A stretch of 64,000 nt of DNA, taken from positions 1,994,381-2,058,380 of the forward strand of contig OZ251569.1 of assembly GCA_965243595.1 (NCBI GenBank), read 5' to 3'. Made by a program: the position numbers and the translations under genes. This DNA comes from Thermodesulfobacteriota bacterium. GTDB lineage: Bacteria > Desulfobacterota_D > UBA1144 > Nemesobacterales > Nemesobacteraceae. Shown piece by piece: positions 18,143 through 27,648 of this stretch. A model generated the notes under the pieces. It had not been told where the DNA came from. It searched no databases and worked only from the letters and a program-made list of their open reading frames with translations. The first letter of the stretch is position 1. Every line of letters begins with the position of its first letter.

Positions 18143-19539
18143 CCTCCGCCACCGCCGTTCCTGATGCCCATGTAGAGGGTTCTGCCTCGCCGCTCCACCA
18201 GGAAAAGCAGGGTCTTTCTCTCCCCCGACCCGGCGAGGATCTTCTTGTAGTCCGAAAGCCCCTTCACGGAATTTCCGTTTATCTCGAGCACGAGGTCGCC
18301 CGCCCGAAGCCCCGCTTCGGACGCGACGCTTCCCGGGGCCACTCCGACGACCACCACGCCCTCGGATCTTTTGATGCCGAGGCGGCTTCTGAGCGTCTGG
18401 GTTATGTCGCTCGCCTCGATCCCGAGTCCCCGCTCGACTCCGCGCGACGCCTCCGCCTCCCCGGACTTCTGGTTGTCGGGATGTTCGACGAGCTTTACGG
18501 AGTAGGTACTCTCTCGGCCGTCCCTCACCACCACGAATTCCGTCGGGACGCCGGGTTCGAGAAGCGCGAGCTTCCTGGCGAGCGCGGAGGCGTCGGCGAT
18601 CTTCTCGCCGTTTACGGAAACCACCACGTCGCCTCTCCTGATGCCCGCCCCGTCGGCCGGACTTCCTTCCCTGACCTCCGATATGAGACCGCCTTCCCTG
18701 CGCTCTATGCCCAGCGCCTCGGAGATTTCGGGAGTTACGTCCTGGATCATCACTCCGAGCCACGCCCTCACCACCCTTCCGTGGGTCTTCAGCTGCTCGA
18801 CCACCATGCTCGCCATGTTGATCGGTATGGCGAAACCGAGTCCCTGCCCCCTGGCGATTATCGCGGTGTTTATCCCCACGACCTCGCCCGCGAAGTTAAA
18901 CAGCGGACCTCCGCTGTTTCCCGGGTTTATCGCCGCGTCGGTCTGGATGAAGTTGTCGTACTGCCCGATGCCCAGAGCCCTGCCCTTGGCGCTCACTATC
19001 CCGGTCGTGACCGTGTGGCCGAGACCGAACGGGTTGCCTATGGCCAGCACCCTGTCGCCTATCTCAAGGGCCGAAGAGTCGCCCATGCGTACGGCGGGAA
19101 GGGGCTTTTCGGCCTCTATCTTGAGAAGCGCGAGATCGGTCTTGGGATCCTTGCCCACTATGCTCGCGCCGTACCTGTCGCCGTTTTGAAGTATCACCTC
19201 TATTTCCTCGGCCCTGCTCACGACGTGGTTGTTGGTGAGTATGTAGCCGTCGGGACTCAGTATGAAGCCCGAGCCCAGTCCTTTCTTGCGAAACTCCCTT
19301 CCGGGAAACTGCTCGCTGAAGAACCTGTCGAAAAACTTCTTGAAGTACTCGTCCTGGTACGGCGAGCCGAACGGCTCGATCCTGGTCACGTTCGTAGTGC
19401 TTATGTTCACGACCGACGGGGAAAGACGCTTCACCATCGGAGAAACGGATCCCGGGTCCTGCGCGCCCGCCCCGGCGGCGAAGACCGAGAGGGCGACCGC
19501 GAAAACGGCCGGGAAAAGAAAACGTCCTGCGGATTTCAT
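18139..19539 (-). CDS. htrA: periplasmic serine endoprotease HtrA/DegP family with two PDZ domains
   Basis: Signal peptide MKSAGRFLFPAVFAVALSVFAAGAGAQ; catalytic triad motifs TNNHVV, DLALLKI and GNSGGPL; two PDZ-like C-terminal segments. Confidence 0.9.
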   Translation of the reverse strand: MKSAGRFLFPAVFAVALSVFAAGAGAQDPGSVSPMVKRLSPSVVNISTTNVTRIEPFGSPYQDEYFKKFFDRFFSEQFPGREFRKKGLGSGFILSPDGYILTNNHVVSRAEEIEVILQNGDRYGASIVGKDPKTDLALLKIEAEKPLPAVRMGDSSALEIGDRVLAIGNPFGLGHTVTTGIVSAKGRALGIGQYDNFIQTDAAINPGNSGGPLFNFAGEVVGINTAIIARGQGLGFAIPINMASMVVEQLKTHGRVVRAWLGVMIQDVTPEISEALGIERREGGLISEVREGSPADGAGIRRGDVVVSVNGEKIADASALARKLALLEPGVPTEFVVVRDGRESTYSVKLVEHPDNQKSGEAEASRGVERGLGIEASDITQTLRSRLGIKRSEGVVVVGVAPGSVASEAGLRAGDLVLEINGNSVKGLSDYKKILAGSGERKTLLFLVERRGRTLYMGIRNGGGGG

Positions 19540-19591
19540 CTGAAAGTCACGCTCCTTGAAAGCAACAATTCTAACGCCGCGCCGGGCTCCG

Positions 19592-20788
19592 TCAAATGGG
19601 ATCCTTGAGCATGTCGTCCCAGTACCTGAAGAAAAGCCGCTCGCCGGAAAATATCTTCATGGCGCGGTTCCGCAGCGCGGAGAGAGCCCCGCTTTCGGTG
19701 TACATGAACTTTCCCACGAGCCTCGACTGGTTCTGCACCTTCTCCACCCTGCTCCTCCTCCGCGACTCGTAGCGCTCGAGCGCCGAGGCGAGATGCGCCG
19801 AATCGGTCCTGCAAAGCTCCTCGGCCAGCACGGCCGCGGACTCCATGGCCATGGACGCTCCCGTCCCCGCGCTGGGCAGCACGGCGTGAGCCGAGTCTCC
19901 GACCAGCACCACCCTGCCCCGCGACCAGCGCTTCATGCGAAGGTCGCTGTACTCGTCGTAGTGGATGTCGCGCGGATCGCCCAGGCCGCGGAGAATGTCG
20001 GGCACCACTCCCCCGAACCCGGCGAAAGCGCGGCGGATGTTCTCCGCCCTCGCCTCGACGCGGTCCCGCGACCCCCGGGCGGTCCTCACGCTCGTAAAAA
20101 CCGCGATACGGCCCCGGGTCGGCCAGATTCCGAGAAACCTGCCCCTTCCCCAGTACTCCGCTATGCCGTCGTCGGTCCCGCAGATGTCGGGACTCACCCA
20201 GAACCCCCACCCGGACATGCCGCTGTAGGCGAGAGGCACCTCTCCGAACGCCGCCCCGCGCACGGCCGACCTTATTCCGTCGCAGCCGACCACCAGGTCG
20301 TACTCCTCCCTGGTCCCGTCGCCGAAAACCGCCGTGACGCCGTCTTCGTCCTGGGCGATCGAGACCACCCGCGTGGCCATCCTGATCGAACCGGGGCTCA
20401 CGGCCTCCTTCAGTATGTTTATGAGGTCCGGCCTGTAGACGCTTATCACGGGACCGTATTTTTCGACCACGGGGTCCACCGAGCAGCGGTTTATTATCTC
20501 TCCGGCCGAATTCGAGATGTTGTAGCTCGTAAAGCAGCGGCCCGCGTCCCGAAGCTTTTCGTAAAGACCGAGACCCTTGAGTATCCTCGAGCCGGACGGC
20601 CAGACGACTATGACGTAGCCCACGCTTCCGAACCCCGGGGCCCTCTCCGCCAGCACGGGCGAAAAGCCCCTGCGCTCGAGAAGCCCGCAGAGAGTGAGCC
20701 CGGCGACCCCGCCGCCCGCTATGAGAATCTTCATGTCCGGACCGTAGCGCACGCGACGCGGCGCGGACGGGCCGCTTCCGTTTTTCAT
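19592..20788 (-). CDS. FAD-dependent monooxygenase (UbiH/salicylate-hydroxylase-like)
   Basis: MKILIAGGGVAGLTLCGLLERRG (GxGxxG FAD fold), DLVVGCDGIRSAVR and GRVVLVGDSAHAVLPSAGTGASMAMESA (FAD-binding GD motif). The start is either ATG 20788 (preceded by GAGGGGAAAAGGGA) or the MKIL ATG at 20734. Confidence 0.8.
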   Translation of the reverse strand: MKNGSGPSAPRRVRYGPDMKILIAGGGVAGLTLCGLLERRGFSPVLAERAPGFGSVGYVIVVWPSGSRILKGLGLYEKLRDAGRCFTSYNISNSAGEIINRCSVDPVVEKYGPVISVYRPDLINILKEAVSPGSIRMATRVVSIAQDEDGVTAVFGDGTREEYDLVVGCDGIRSAVRGAAFGEVPLAYSGMSGWGFWVSPDICGTDDGIAEYWGRGRFLGIWPTRGRIAVFTSVRTARGSRDRVEARAENIRRAFAGFGGVVPDILRGLGDPRDIHYDEYSDLRMKRWSRGRVVLVGDSAHAVLPSAGTGASMAMESAAVLAEELCRTDSAHLASALERYESRRRSRVEKVQNQSRLVGKFMYTESGALSALRNRAMKIFSGERLFFRYWDDMLKDPI

Positions 20789-20833
20789 TCCCTTTTCCCC
20801 TCGCTTGCAAAAAATCCGGGCGTCACGGGTAAA

Positions 20834-22327
20834 TCATAAACCATTTTCGAAAAATTTCCCGACGTTTTTTTTCACGACCTTCCCCATGGAGTTTCTGGGG
20901 AGGGAAGAGACCAGCGCGAACCCGCGCGGAAGCTTGTAGCGCGCGAGCCTTCGCGACGCCCAGTCCCGAAGCTCTCCCGTTTCGAGGGAGCATCCGTCTT
21001 TCGGGACCACGGCGGCGCAGACCCTCTCTCCCCACCGCGGGTCGGAAATCCCCACCACCGCGCATTCGCCGACGGCGGGGTGGCCCAGAAGAGCGGCTTC
21101 GACTTCCAGAGCGGATATCTTGTACCCCCCGGACTTTATTATGTCCACCGAGCGGCGGCCGAGTATCCTGTGGGAACCGTCGGGGTCCCGCACGGCCACG
21201 TCTCCCGTCATGAACCACCCGTCGCGAAAGGCCGCCCGGGTTTCCGCGGGCTTTCCCCAGTACTCGAGAAACACTCCCTCCCCCTTAACCCCTATCTCTC
21301 CCGCGACTCCGTCCGGAGCGGGCGCCCCGTCCCCGCCGAAAATTCCGACCTCGACCCCCGGCATCGGAAACCCCACGCTTCCGGCGACCCTCTCCCCCTC
21401 CAGGGGATTCGAGAGGATCATCCCCGCCTCCGTCATTCCGTACCTCTCGAGAAGCGGACGGCCGCTTATCTCCCTCCACCTCTCGAAAAGGGGAACGGGA
21501 AGAGCCGCGGAGCCGCACACCATGAGGCGAAGTCCGCGCAGGGAGGCGCTCATCCGCCTTCTCCCGCCCTCTCCCGCGCCTTCCCACAAATCCGCGAGCT
21601 TCGAGTAGATCGTCGGAACGCCCATAAAAAGGGTCAGGTCTTTTTTCATGAACCTTCTCCATACCGCCGCCGCGTCGAACCCGTCCATCATTTCGCACCT
21701 GGCCCCAGACCACAGGGAGCAGAGAAGCACGTTGAGTATGCCGTGGAGGTGGTGCAGGGGAAGAACGTTGAGTATGGAATCTTCGCCGCTCCACTTCCAC
21801 GCCCCGGTCATGGACCCTATCTGGGCCTTTACTCCGCGGTGGGTGGAAACGACTCCCTTGGGCTCGGCCGTGGTGCCGCTTGTGTATATGATCATGGCCC
21901 TGGAAGTCTCGCGGACGCTGGGAAGGCGGCCGCGGGTTCCGGCCAGAACCTCGGAGACCGGCGCCAGCCTGACGGAGCCGGAAACCCCTTCGAGCCTGTC
22001 CGAAAAGTCCGGGTGAAAAACGACCGTGTCCGCCCCGCTGTCCCTCACCGCGCGTTCGATCTCCCACGGCGAATGGTCCGGGGAGAGGGGAACGGTCACG
22101 CCCCCGGCCATCCACGTTCCGAGAGTGACGGCCGCGTAGCCGAACCGGGGAGGGAGAAGGAAGGCGACCCTGGCCTCCGACAGGTGTTCCCTTCCCCCGA
22201 GAAGATTGAGCGCGGCGAAACCCGACGAGCGGAAAAGGCGGTCGTAGGTGTAGCTTCCGCCGGGGTCGACGACCGCGGTCCCGTTCCCGAAGCTTCCGAC
22301 CCTTTCCGTGAGTTCCACCCGTTCCAT
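20834..22327 (-). CDS. acyl-CoA synthetase / AMP-dependent ligase
   Basis: AMP-binding motif IIYTSGTTAEPKGVVSTH, plus YGMTE, MTGDVAVRDPDGSHRILGRRSVDIIKSGGYKI and a C-terminal LPRNSMGKVVK. The start is placed at MERVELTER (ATG 22325-22327); the longer track ORF reads through non-coding sequence. Confidence 0.8.
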   Translation of the reverse strand: MERVELTERVGSFGNGTAVVDPGGSYTYDRLFRSSGFAALNLLGGREHLSEARVAFLLPPRFGYAAVTLGTWMAGGVTVPLSPDHSPWEIERAVRDSGADTVVFHPDFSDRLEGVSGSVRLAPVSEVLAGTRGRLPSVRETSRAMIIYTSGTTAEPKGVVSTHRGVKAQIGSMTGAWKWSGEDSILNVLPLHHLHGILNVLLCSLWSGARCEMMDGFDAAAVWRRFMKKDLTLFMGVPTIYSKLADLWEGAGEGGRRRMSASLRGLRLMVCGSAALPVPLFERWREISGRPLLERYGMTEAGMILSNPLEGERVAGSVGFPMPGVEVGIFGGDGAPAPDGVAGEIGVKGEGVFLEYWGKPAETRAAFRDGWFMTGDVAVRDPDGSHRILGRRSVDIIKSGGYKISALEVEAALLGHPAVGECAVVGISDPRWGERVCAAVVPKDGCSLETGELRDWASRRLARYKLPRGFALVSSLPRNSMGKVVKKNVGKFFENGL

Positions 22328-22421
22328 CCGGCTTTCCTGTAATCTCCCCGCGTTTTGTTCTATAATAATAAGCCCCGCGGGAGAAACTCTCAATTCCGGC
22401 GCGGACGCGCGGGGAGAAAAC

Positions 22422-23003
22422 ATGGCCGAAGAACGCGAGATAGCGGAACTTGGAAACCCCGTGCTGAGACGCAGGGCCGCGGAGGTCGAAGACCCGGGCG
22501 AGCCGCGGGTACAGGAGCTCATAGACGACATGATAGCCACGGCCGCGGGGGCGCAGGGAGTCGGAATCGCGGCTCCGCAGGTCTCCGAGCCCCTTCGCGT
22601 CTTCGTGATCGCCGGCGCGGCGAGCGAGCGCTACCCCGGGCAGTCCGAGACGGAGCCTAGGGTCGTGATAAACCCCGAGATAGTGTCGGTGTCGGAAGAG
22701 ACGGAAAAAGGGTGGGAAGGATGTCTCAGCATACCGGGAATCAGGGGACTCGTCCCCAGGCGCGTCTCGCTTCGCGCGGTCTACAGGGACAGGAGCGGAA
22801 ACCCCGTGGAAGAGAGCTTTTCGGGCTTTTCGGCGAGGGTGTTCCAGCACGAGTACGATCACCTAAACGGCGTCGTGTTTCTCGACAGGGTTGAAAGCTC
22901 CGCGGAAATAATCACGGAAAACGAGTACGAAAAGCTCCTGGCCGGGCAGGCCGGAGAGCGCGGCGCCCGACGCGAGGGCCCCGCGGGAGGAGAATCCCCA
23001 TGA
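22422..23003 (+). CDS. def: peptide deformylase
   Basis: MAEEREIAELGNPVLRRRAAEV...GVGIAAPQV, EGCLSIPG and QHEYDHLNG are the three PDF motifs; it is followed by an acidic/Gly-rich tail. Confidence 0.9.
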   Translation: MAEEREIAELGNPVLRRRAAEVEDPGEPRVQELIDDMIATAAGAQGVGIAAPQVSEPLRVFVIAGAASERYPGQSETEPRVVINPEIVSVSEETEKGWEGCLSIPGIRGLVPRRVSLRAVYRDRSGNPVEESFSGFSARVFQHEYDHLNGVVFLDRVESSAEIITENEYEKLLAGQAGERGARREGPAGGESP

Positions 23004-24304
23004 GCGAATATCCCGAAGGACTCGACCTTGCGGTCGAGCACAGTTTCTACGACGCGGTCTTCCAGAGAAGATCCCGGCGCTTCGGCCTCGGAATGGAAAT
23101 AGAGAAGGGACCCCTGGCGTACAAGTCGAGGCACGCTCCGGTGCCTCTCTCGGAACTCGAAGAAGCCATGCTGGTGTGGACGGGTCTGGGGATAAAGAAC
23201 ATAAACCTCTCGGACTTTCCCCCGCACGTGGGACTCGACCTGGAGATGCAGTTCACGAGCAAGACCATTCCCGCCCTGGGCGACGTGCACAGAACGGAGC
23301 TTTTCTACACCAACGACGAAGGTCTCTACATGATAAAGATGCACGACAAGCGTCCGGAGGATTTCGAGGGTCTGGAGAAAATGACCCGCCGGGAGAGAAC
23401 CGACCGCATGCTGGAGCTGTTTCGCGAATCCAGGATCAGGCTTTCCGACGGAAGGGCGGACCTTCCCTCCAAGCCCCCCGGAATCGCCGCCCACAATCTG
23501 TGGAACGTGAACAAGCCGGGAACCACGGTTTTCATGCCCGTGACCGATCTTTCGGCGTGCATAATCAACCTCTACTTCTTCTACATGAGGCCCGACCACA
23601 GGTTCAACTTCGTCGACGAGCTCCACGGCCTGAGGCCGCCGGGAACGGCGGGATGGCTCGAAAAGGGCTTTCTCGACGCCTCGAAAAGAATGCCTCTCGT
23701 GGAGGCGGAGCTTCGGTTCGCCAACGGCTACATAGCCGAGCAGGCGTTCATGGGACAGAACATGGTGCTGGCCCTCCAGACCCTGGGACTCGGCGGGTGG
23801 CTTTTCAGCGGATTCGCCAGCATGTTCATGCTGGGCGGAACCCCGTTTAACAGGGGACTGGGATTCCGGTTCGCCACCCCGAAAATACGGGGCGACGCGG
23901 GAAACCCCAATCCCGTGGCGGTGGGAAGGGACGACCTTTTCCAGGCGTTCTGCCCTCCCTACTACGAGGACATGGGCGAGGCGGTGGAGGCGTTCAACGA
24001 CATGAAATGGACCAACTGGGAGTCGCACAAGCTGCCCTACAAGGACCCGACCGGAGTTCTGGGGGAAATAGAGAGGCCCGGCAGGGACGAAATCCAGGTG
24101 GTGAAAGACATCTGCAACTACGTCTACGACACCTACGGGAGATTCCCCGCCTTTTCCGACCCCATGTTCCTGCGCTTCATGGTCCAGGCCCATCACCTCG
24201 ACCTGGATTTCTACGACAGGTACTACCCGCCCGGGGCGTACACCGAGGCGCACAGAAACCATTTCAAGAACTGGCACCCCGAGATTCCCGATCCTTTCTC
24301 GTGA
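23000..24304 (+). CDS. hypothetical protein (434 aa); N-terminus faintly nitroreductase/SagB-like
   Basis: Its ATG overlaps the def stop (ATGA), implying co-transcription. AVFQRRSRRFGLG...PLSELEEAMLVWTGLG...HRTELFYTNDEGLYMI resembles the RRSxRxF / GlY signature of nitroreductase-fold dehydrogenases, but this is from memory only and unverified. Confidence 0.5.
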   Translation: MSEYPEGLDLAVEHSFYDAVFQRRSRRFGLGMEIEKGPLAYKSRHAPVPLSELEEAMLVWTGLGIKNINLSDFPPHVGLDLEMQFTSKTIPALGDVHRTELFYTNDEGLYMIKMHDKRPEDFEGLEKMTRRERTDRMLELFRESRIRLSDGRADLPSKPPGIAAHNLWNVNKPGTTVFMPVTDLSACIINLYFFYMRPDHRFNFVDELHGLRPPGTAGWLEKGFLDASKRMPLVEAELRFANGYIAEQAFMGQNMVLALQTLGLGGWLFSGFASMFMLGGTPFNRGLGFRFATPKIRGDAGNPNPVAVGRDDLFQAFCPPYYEDMGEAVEAFNDMKWTNWESHKLPYKDPTGVLGEIERPGRDEIQVVKDICNYVYDTYGRFPAFSDPMFLRFMVQAHHLDLDFYDRYYPPGAYTEAHRNHFKNWHPEIPDPFS

Positions 24305-24662
24305 CGGTCCGAGGCGCCCCGCCCGACTACGGTCGGGTCTTCCCCGGACCGCGGGTTCGCGTCCTTCCGGGGTTCAGCCGGCTTTTTTTCCGAAAAGCCG
24401 CCTGAACGGGCAGCCGAGAAGAAAGAAAAGAACCCTGAAGTTCAAAAGCACCCCGGCGAAGCTCACAAGGTCCGACGGCTTCATGTGGATCTTCGAGTCC
24501 CAGACTCCCATCTGTCCGCTTATCACCACGCAGCCGTCTTCGACCGACGATTCCCTGACCGTTATCTCGAAGTCCCCGGCGGGACTGGTCACTTTCATGA
24601 GAAACTCTCCCTGGCGGGTCCTTTAAACCCCCGCAACAGTGTAAACGGAAAATCCCGCCGAG

Positions 24663-25520
24663 TCACCGGGACGAGAGAAGAATATCTCTCATGGCCTCGA
24701 CGGGGGCGTCGCGGCCCGTCCATATCGAAAAGGCGTCCGCTCCCTGGTAAAGGAGCATGCCGAGGCCGGATTCCGCCCGAAGCCCCAGCGCCCGGGCGTC
24801 TCTCACGAGCGGAGTCTCGAGGGGCTCGTACACGAGGTCGTAGACGGCGGAGTCCTTCGAAAGCAGGTCGAGGGAAAGAGCGAGGGGATCGAAATCTCCC
24901 ATTCCGGCGCAGGAGGCGTTTATCACCATGTCGGCCTCCCGGATCATCTCCGCCGTCCGACCGGCGTCGCCCACGGCGGCCGCGGAGAAGCGGACTTCGG
25001 GGAAGCGGGAGGAGAACTCCCCGCAAAGCTCCTCCGCGCGCGCGGGGGTCCTGTTGGCGACGGACACCGCCCGCGCCCCGCCCGAGCACATCCCCGCCGC
25101 GACCGCCCGGGCCGCTCCTCCCGCCCCGACGAGGAAGACGCTTTTTCCCCTGGGGTCGAACCCGAGCTCGGAGGAAAGCACCCGCAGGAGTCCCGAGACG
25201 TCGGTGTTGTGGCCCGTGAGCCTTCCGTCCTCGTTCGCCACTGTGTTGACCGCTCCGGCCAGGGACGCTTCGGGGGAGATTTCGTCCAGGTGAGCCATGA
25301 CCGAGCGCTTGTGAGGGACGGTGACGTTCACGCCGCGGATGCCGAGCGCCCTCACGGAATTCACGGCCGCCCCCACGTCGCGGGGGTCCACGTCGAACGC
25401 CAGGTAGACGCAGTCCATCCCCAGCAGGGAGAACGCCCGGTTATGCATGGCCGGAGAGAGGCTCTGGGACACCGGATGGCCGAAGATGCCGTATATCCCC
25501 GTGGTCGCTTTTATTTCCAA
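24663..25520 (-). CDS. aroE: shikimate dehydrogenase
   Basis: GIYGIFGHPVSQSLSPAMHNRAF...NVTVPHK...LVGAGGAARAVA...NRT is the classic AroE pattern. Confidence 0.9.
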   Translation of the reverse strand: MEIKATTGIYGIFGHPVSQSLSPAMHNRAFSLLGMDCVYLAFDVDPRDVGAAVNSVRALGIRGVNVTVPHKRSVMAHLDEISPEASLAGAVNTVANEDGRLTGHNTDVSGLLRVLSSELGFDPRGKSVFLVGAGGAARAVAAGMCSGGARAVSVANRTPARAEELCGEFSSRFPEVRFSAAAVGDAGRTAEMIREADMVINASCAGMGDFDPLALSLDLLSKDSAVYDLVYEPLETPLVRDARALGLRAESGLGMLLYQGADAFSIWTGRDAPVEAMRDILLSSR

Positions 25521-26452
25521 ATCCGTTCGTCCTTCGGGCGGGAGGAGAGAATCCCGCTCACTTTGCGCACGTCCCGCCCTATCTGCTCCACGAGCCGCTC
25601 CGCGCTTTCGAAACGCCGTTCGTCCCTTATCCTCTCGACGAAGTTCACCCTCACCCGCTCGCCGTAGAGGTCGCCGTCGAAGCCGAACACATGGGTCTCC
25701 ACCACAAGCGCGCTTTCCCCGAAAGTGGGCCGGACCCCTATGTTGGTCACGCTTCCGTGAAAGCCGTCGGCAAGACGGACGTAGGTCGCGTACACTCCCG
25801 GGGCGGGAAGAAGCTCCCAGCCGGTTTCGACGTTGAGCGTCGGAAAGCCTATTTTCCTTCCCCTCCTGCGCCCTTCCACGACGACGCCCCGCAGGTAGTA
25901 GTCGTAGCCCAGAAGACGGCCCGCGCGGCCGACCTCCCCCCGCGCCACGAGATCCCTGACCAGGCTGCTGCTCACGGTCTCGCCGTCCACGCGCGCGGGC
26001 TCGGCCACCACGGTCTCGAACCCGTGAGATGCTCCCATGGAACTTAGAAGATCGGCGTCGCCCTCCCTGCCGCGCCCGAAGAAGAACCCCGGGCCGACGA
26101 CCACCGTCCTCACCCGAAGACGACCGACCAGGACGTCTTTCACGAACCGTTCCGCGCCGACCCGCGAGAGCTCCTCGGTGAAGGTCAGGCGGACGACCGC
26201 GTCCACTCCCGAGGACGCGAGCAGCTCGAGGCGCTCTTCGGCCGGATGGATCAGGGAGAAGCCGCTTTTGCCCAGAACCTTCTGGGGATGGGGGTCGAAG
26301 GTGACGACGCAGGAGCGCGCGGCGTTTTGCTCCGCACGGCGCCTGGCGGCGTCTATTATCTTTCTGTGTCCCAGGTGGAGACCGTCGAAATTTCCGATGC
26401 CGGCCGAGGTCTCGAAATCGAGAGGCCCGGCGGGGTCAGTTATGATCCTCAT
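25511..26452 (-). CDS. ribF: bifunctional riboflavin kinase / FMN adenylyltransferase
   Basis: IGNFDGLHLGHRKII (HxGH nucleotidyltransferase), VVTFDPHP, and a C-terminal riboflavin-kinase region GFPTLNV...G.YATYV; the gene overlaps the aroE start by 10 nt. Confidence 0.9.
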   Translation of the reverse strand: MRIITDPAGPLDFETSAGIGNFDGLHLGHRKIIDAARRRAEQNAARSCVVTFDPHPQKVLGKSGFSLIHPAEERLELLASSGVDAVVRLTFTEELSRVGAERFVKDVLVGRLRVRTVVVGPGFFFGRGREGDADLLSSMGASHGFETVVAEPARVDGETVSSSLVRDLVARGEVGRAGRLLGYDYYLRGVVVEGRRRGRKIGFPTLNVETGWELLPAPGVYATYVRLADGFHGSVTNIGVRPTFGESALVVETHVFGFDGDLYGERVRVNFVERIRDERRFESAERLVEQIGRDVRKVSGILSSRPKDERIWK

Positions 26453-26712
26453 CGTCCGAGAAAACCGCCGCGCGAAACGCCAGCCGGGGGCGAAACGGCG
26501 AAGAGCCGAAACGCCGCGACGGACATACGGTTATCTTACATTCAGTTGGGGGGATTTTCAAAGACTCCTCTCCTCCCCTCCCGCCGGATATTCCGGCAAA
26601 GACGGTAAGGAATTCGAGCCGCCGGGCGGCCGCCCGGGACATGAACGACGACATATCGCGTTTTGGCCGTTCGGATCGAATTCCTCCGGAATTCCCCCGC
26701 AGGAGGACATTT

Positions 26713-27627
26713 TCAACCGCCAAAGTCGGGAACGGCTTTTTTTGCTTCCTGCGTCCATTCGCGAATTTCCAACAGCGGTTTCTCAGGAAGGTCAGAAGAG
26801 TGCTCGACCAGACGGCATCGGTCAAAAAGTATACCCGCAGAAATACCGACATCCTCCCAGCACGCCCTGTTCACAGCTTCGGCGACGCAAAACGCTCTCA
26901 CCGGTTCGACAACAAGATTTCTTTCCATGTATTTGTCCATAAAATTTCGTGGCTGCAGTTCTGAGCAGGAATCAGTCCAATTCGTACCGGTTTTGCATTG
27001 GGCAAAGACGATCAGTTGACCCGGCTGACCGTCCGCAAACGGAATCCAGGCGACCACGTCAAGCTTTCCGTCCCGCGTACGGACGGAAATCCCGCTTTTA
27101 TTCTGAAATCCGGAGCCTTCGCGGAGAGCCAGGCACAATTCTCCGACCTTGTCTTCAAACGAATCTTTGGCGGATGTCCCGAAAACACGGGATTCGGCCT
27201 TCTTCCGCCCGAGATAGCTTCCGATAGCGTGTGCGGAAAGAGGTTCCAAGAGCGTCGCGCCGTCAATCTTCAGATGTCTGCGGGGGTCCGTCATGTTGAG
27301 ACGGGTGGCGAGCAGCAGGTAAAGGTAGACCGCCGACTGCGCTTTTTCGGGTTCGGGTTCGGAACATCTGAGAAAACCTCCATGCGGACCAAGAACAAAC
27401 GGGTAACCCGAACCGCATGCCCGCTCTCTGCGTTCGATCTCCGTCATCACGTCCTCAACCAAGTCGGCGTTTCTGTCTTCGCTGTCATCGCAACCCGCAT
27501 CGTCCTCGTTATCGTCAATTCGTCCAAGATAGCTGAGAATTTGTCCGACGGAAACGCTTCCGCTCTTCCAGCACTTGAGTTCGGCGAAATCCGCCAGTTC
27601 ATTAGTTTCCGCCCTAGGAGACGGCAA
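26713..27627 (-). CDS. hypothetical protein (304 aa) with possible PD-(D/E)xK nuclease-like motif; candidate restriction component
   Basis: It is the last gene of a low-GC three-gene operon (MTase-ParB-this). The segment DGKLDVVAWIPFADGQPGQLIVFAQCKTG fits a D...(E/Q)xK arrangement. Its size is compatible with small type II REases, but no family was recognised with certainty. Confidence 0.4.
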   Translation of the reverse strand: MPSPRAETNELADFAELKCWKSGSVSVGQILSYLGRIDDNEDDAGCDDSEDRNADLVEDVMTEIERRERACGSGYPFVLGPHGGFLRCSEPEPEKAQSAVYLYLLLATRLNMTDPRRHLKIDGATLLEPLSAHAIGSYLGRKKAESRVFGTSAKDSFEDKVGELCLALREGSGFQNKSGISVRTRDGKLDVVAWIPFADGQPGQLIVFAQCKTGTNWTDSCSELQPRNFMDKYMERNLVVEPVRAFCVAEAVNRACWEDVGISAGILFDRCRLVEHSSDLPEKPLLEIREWTQEAKKAVPDFGG

Positions 27628-27648
27628 ATCGGGAAGTTTGAACAGCGC

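Noticed and set aside
24485-25219. 244-aa RS/RP-rich ORF
   Set aside because: It is antisense to aroE and has low complexity.
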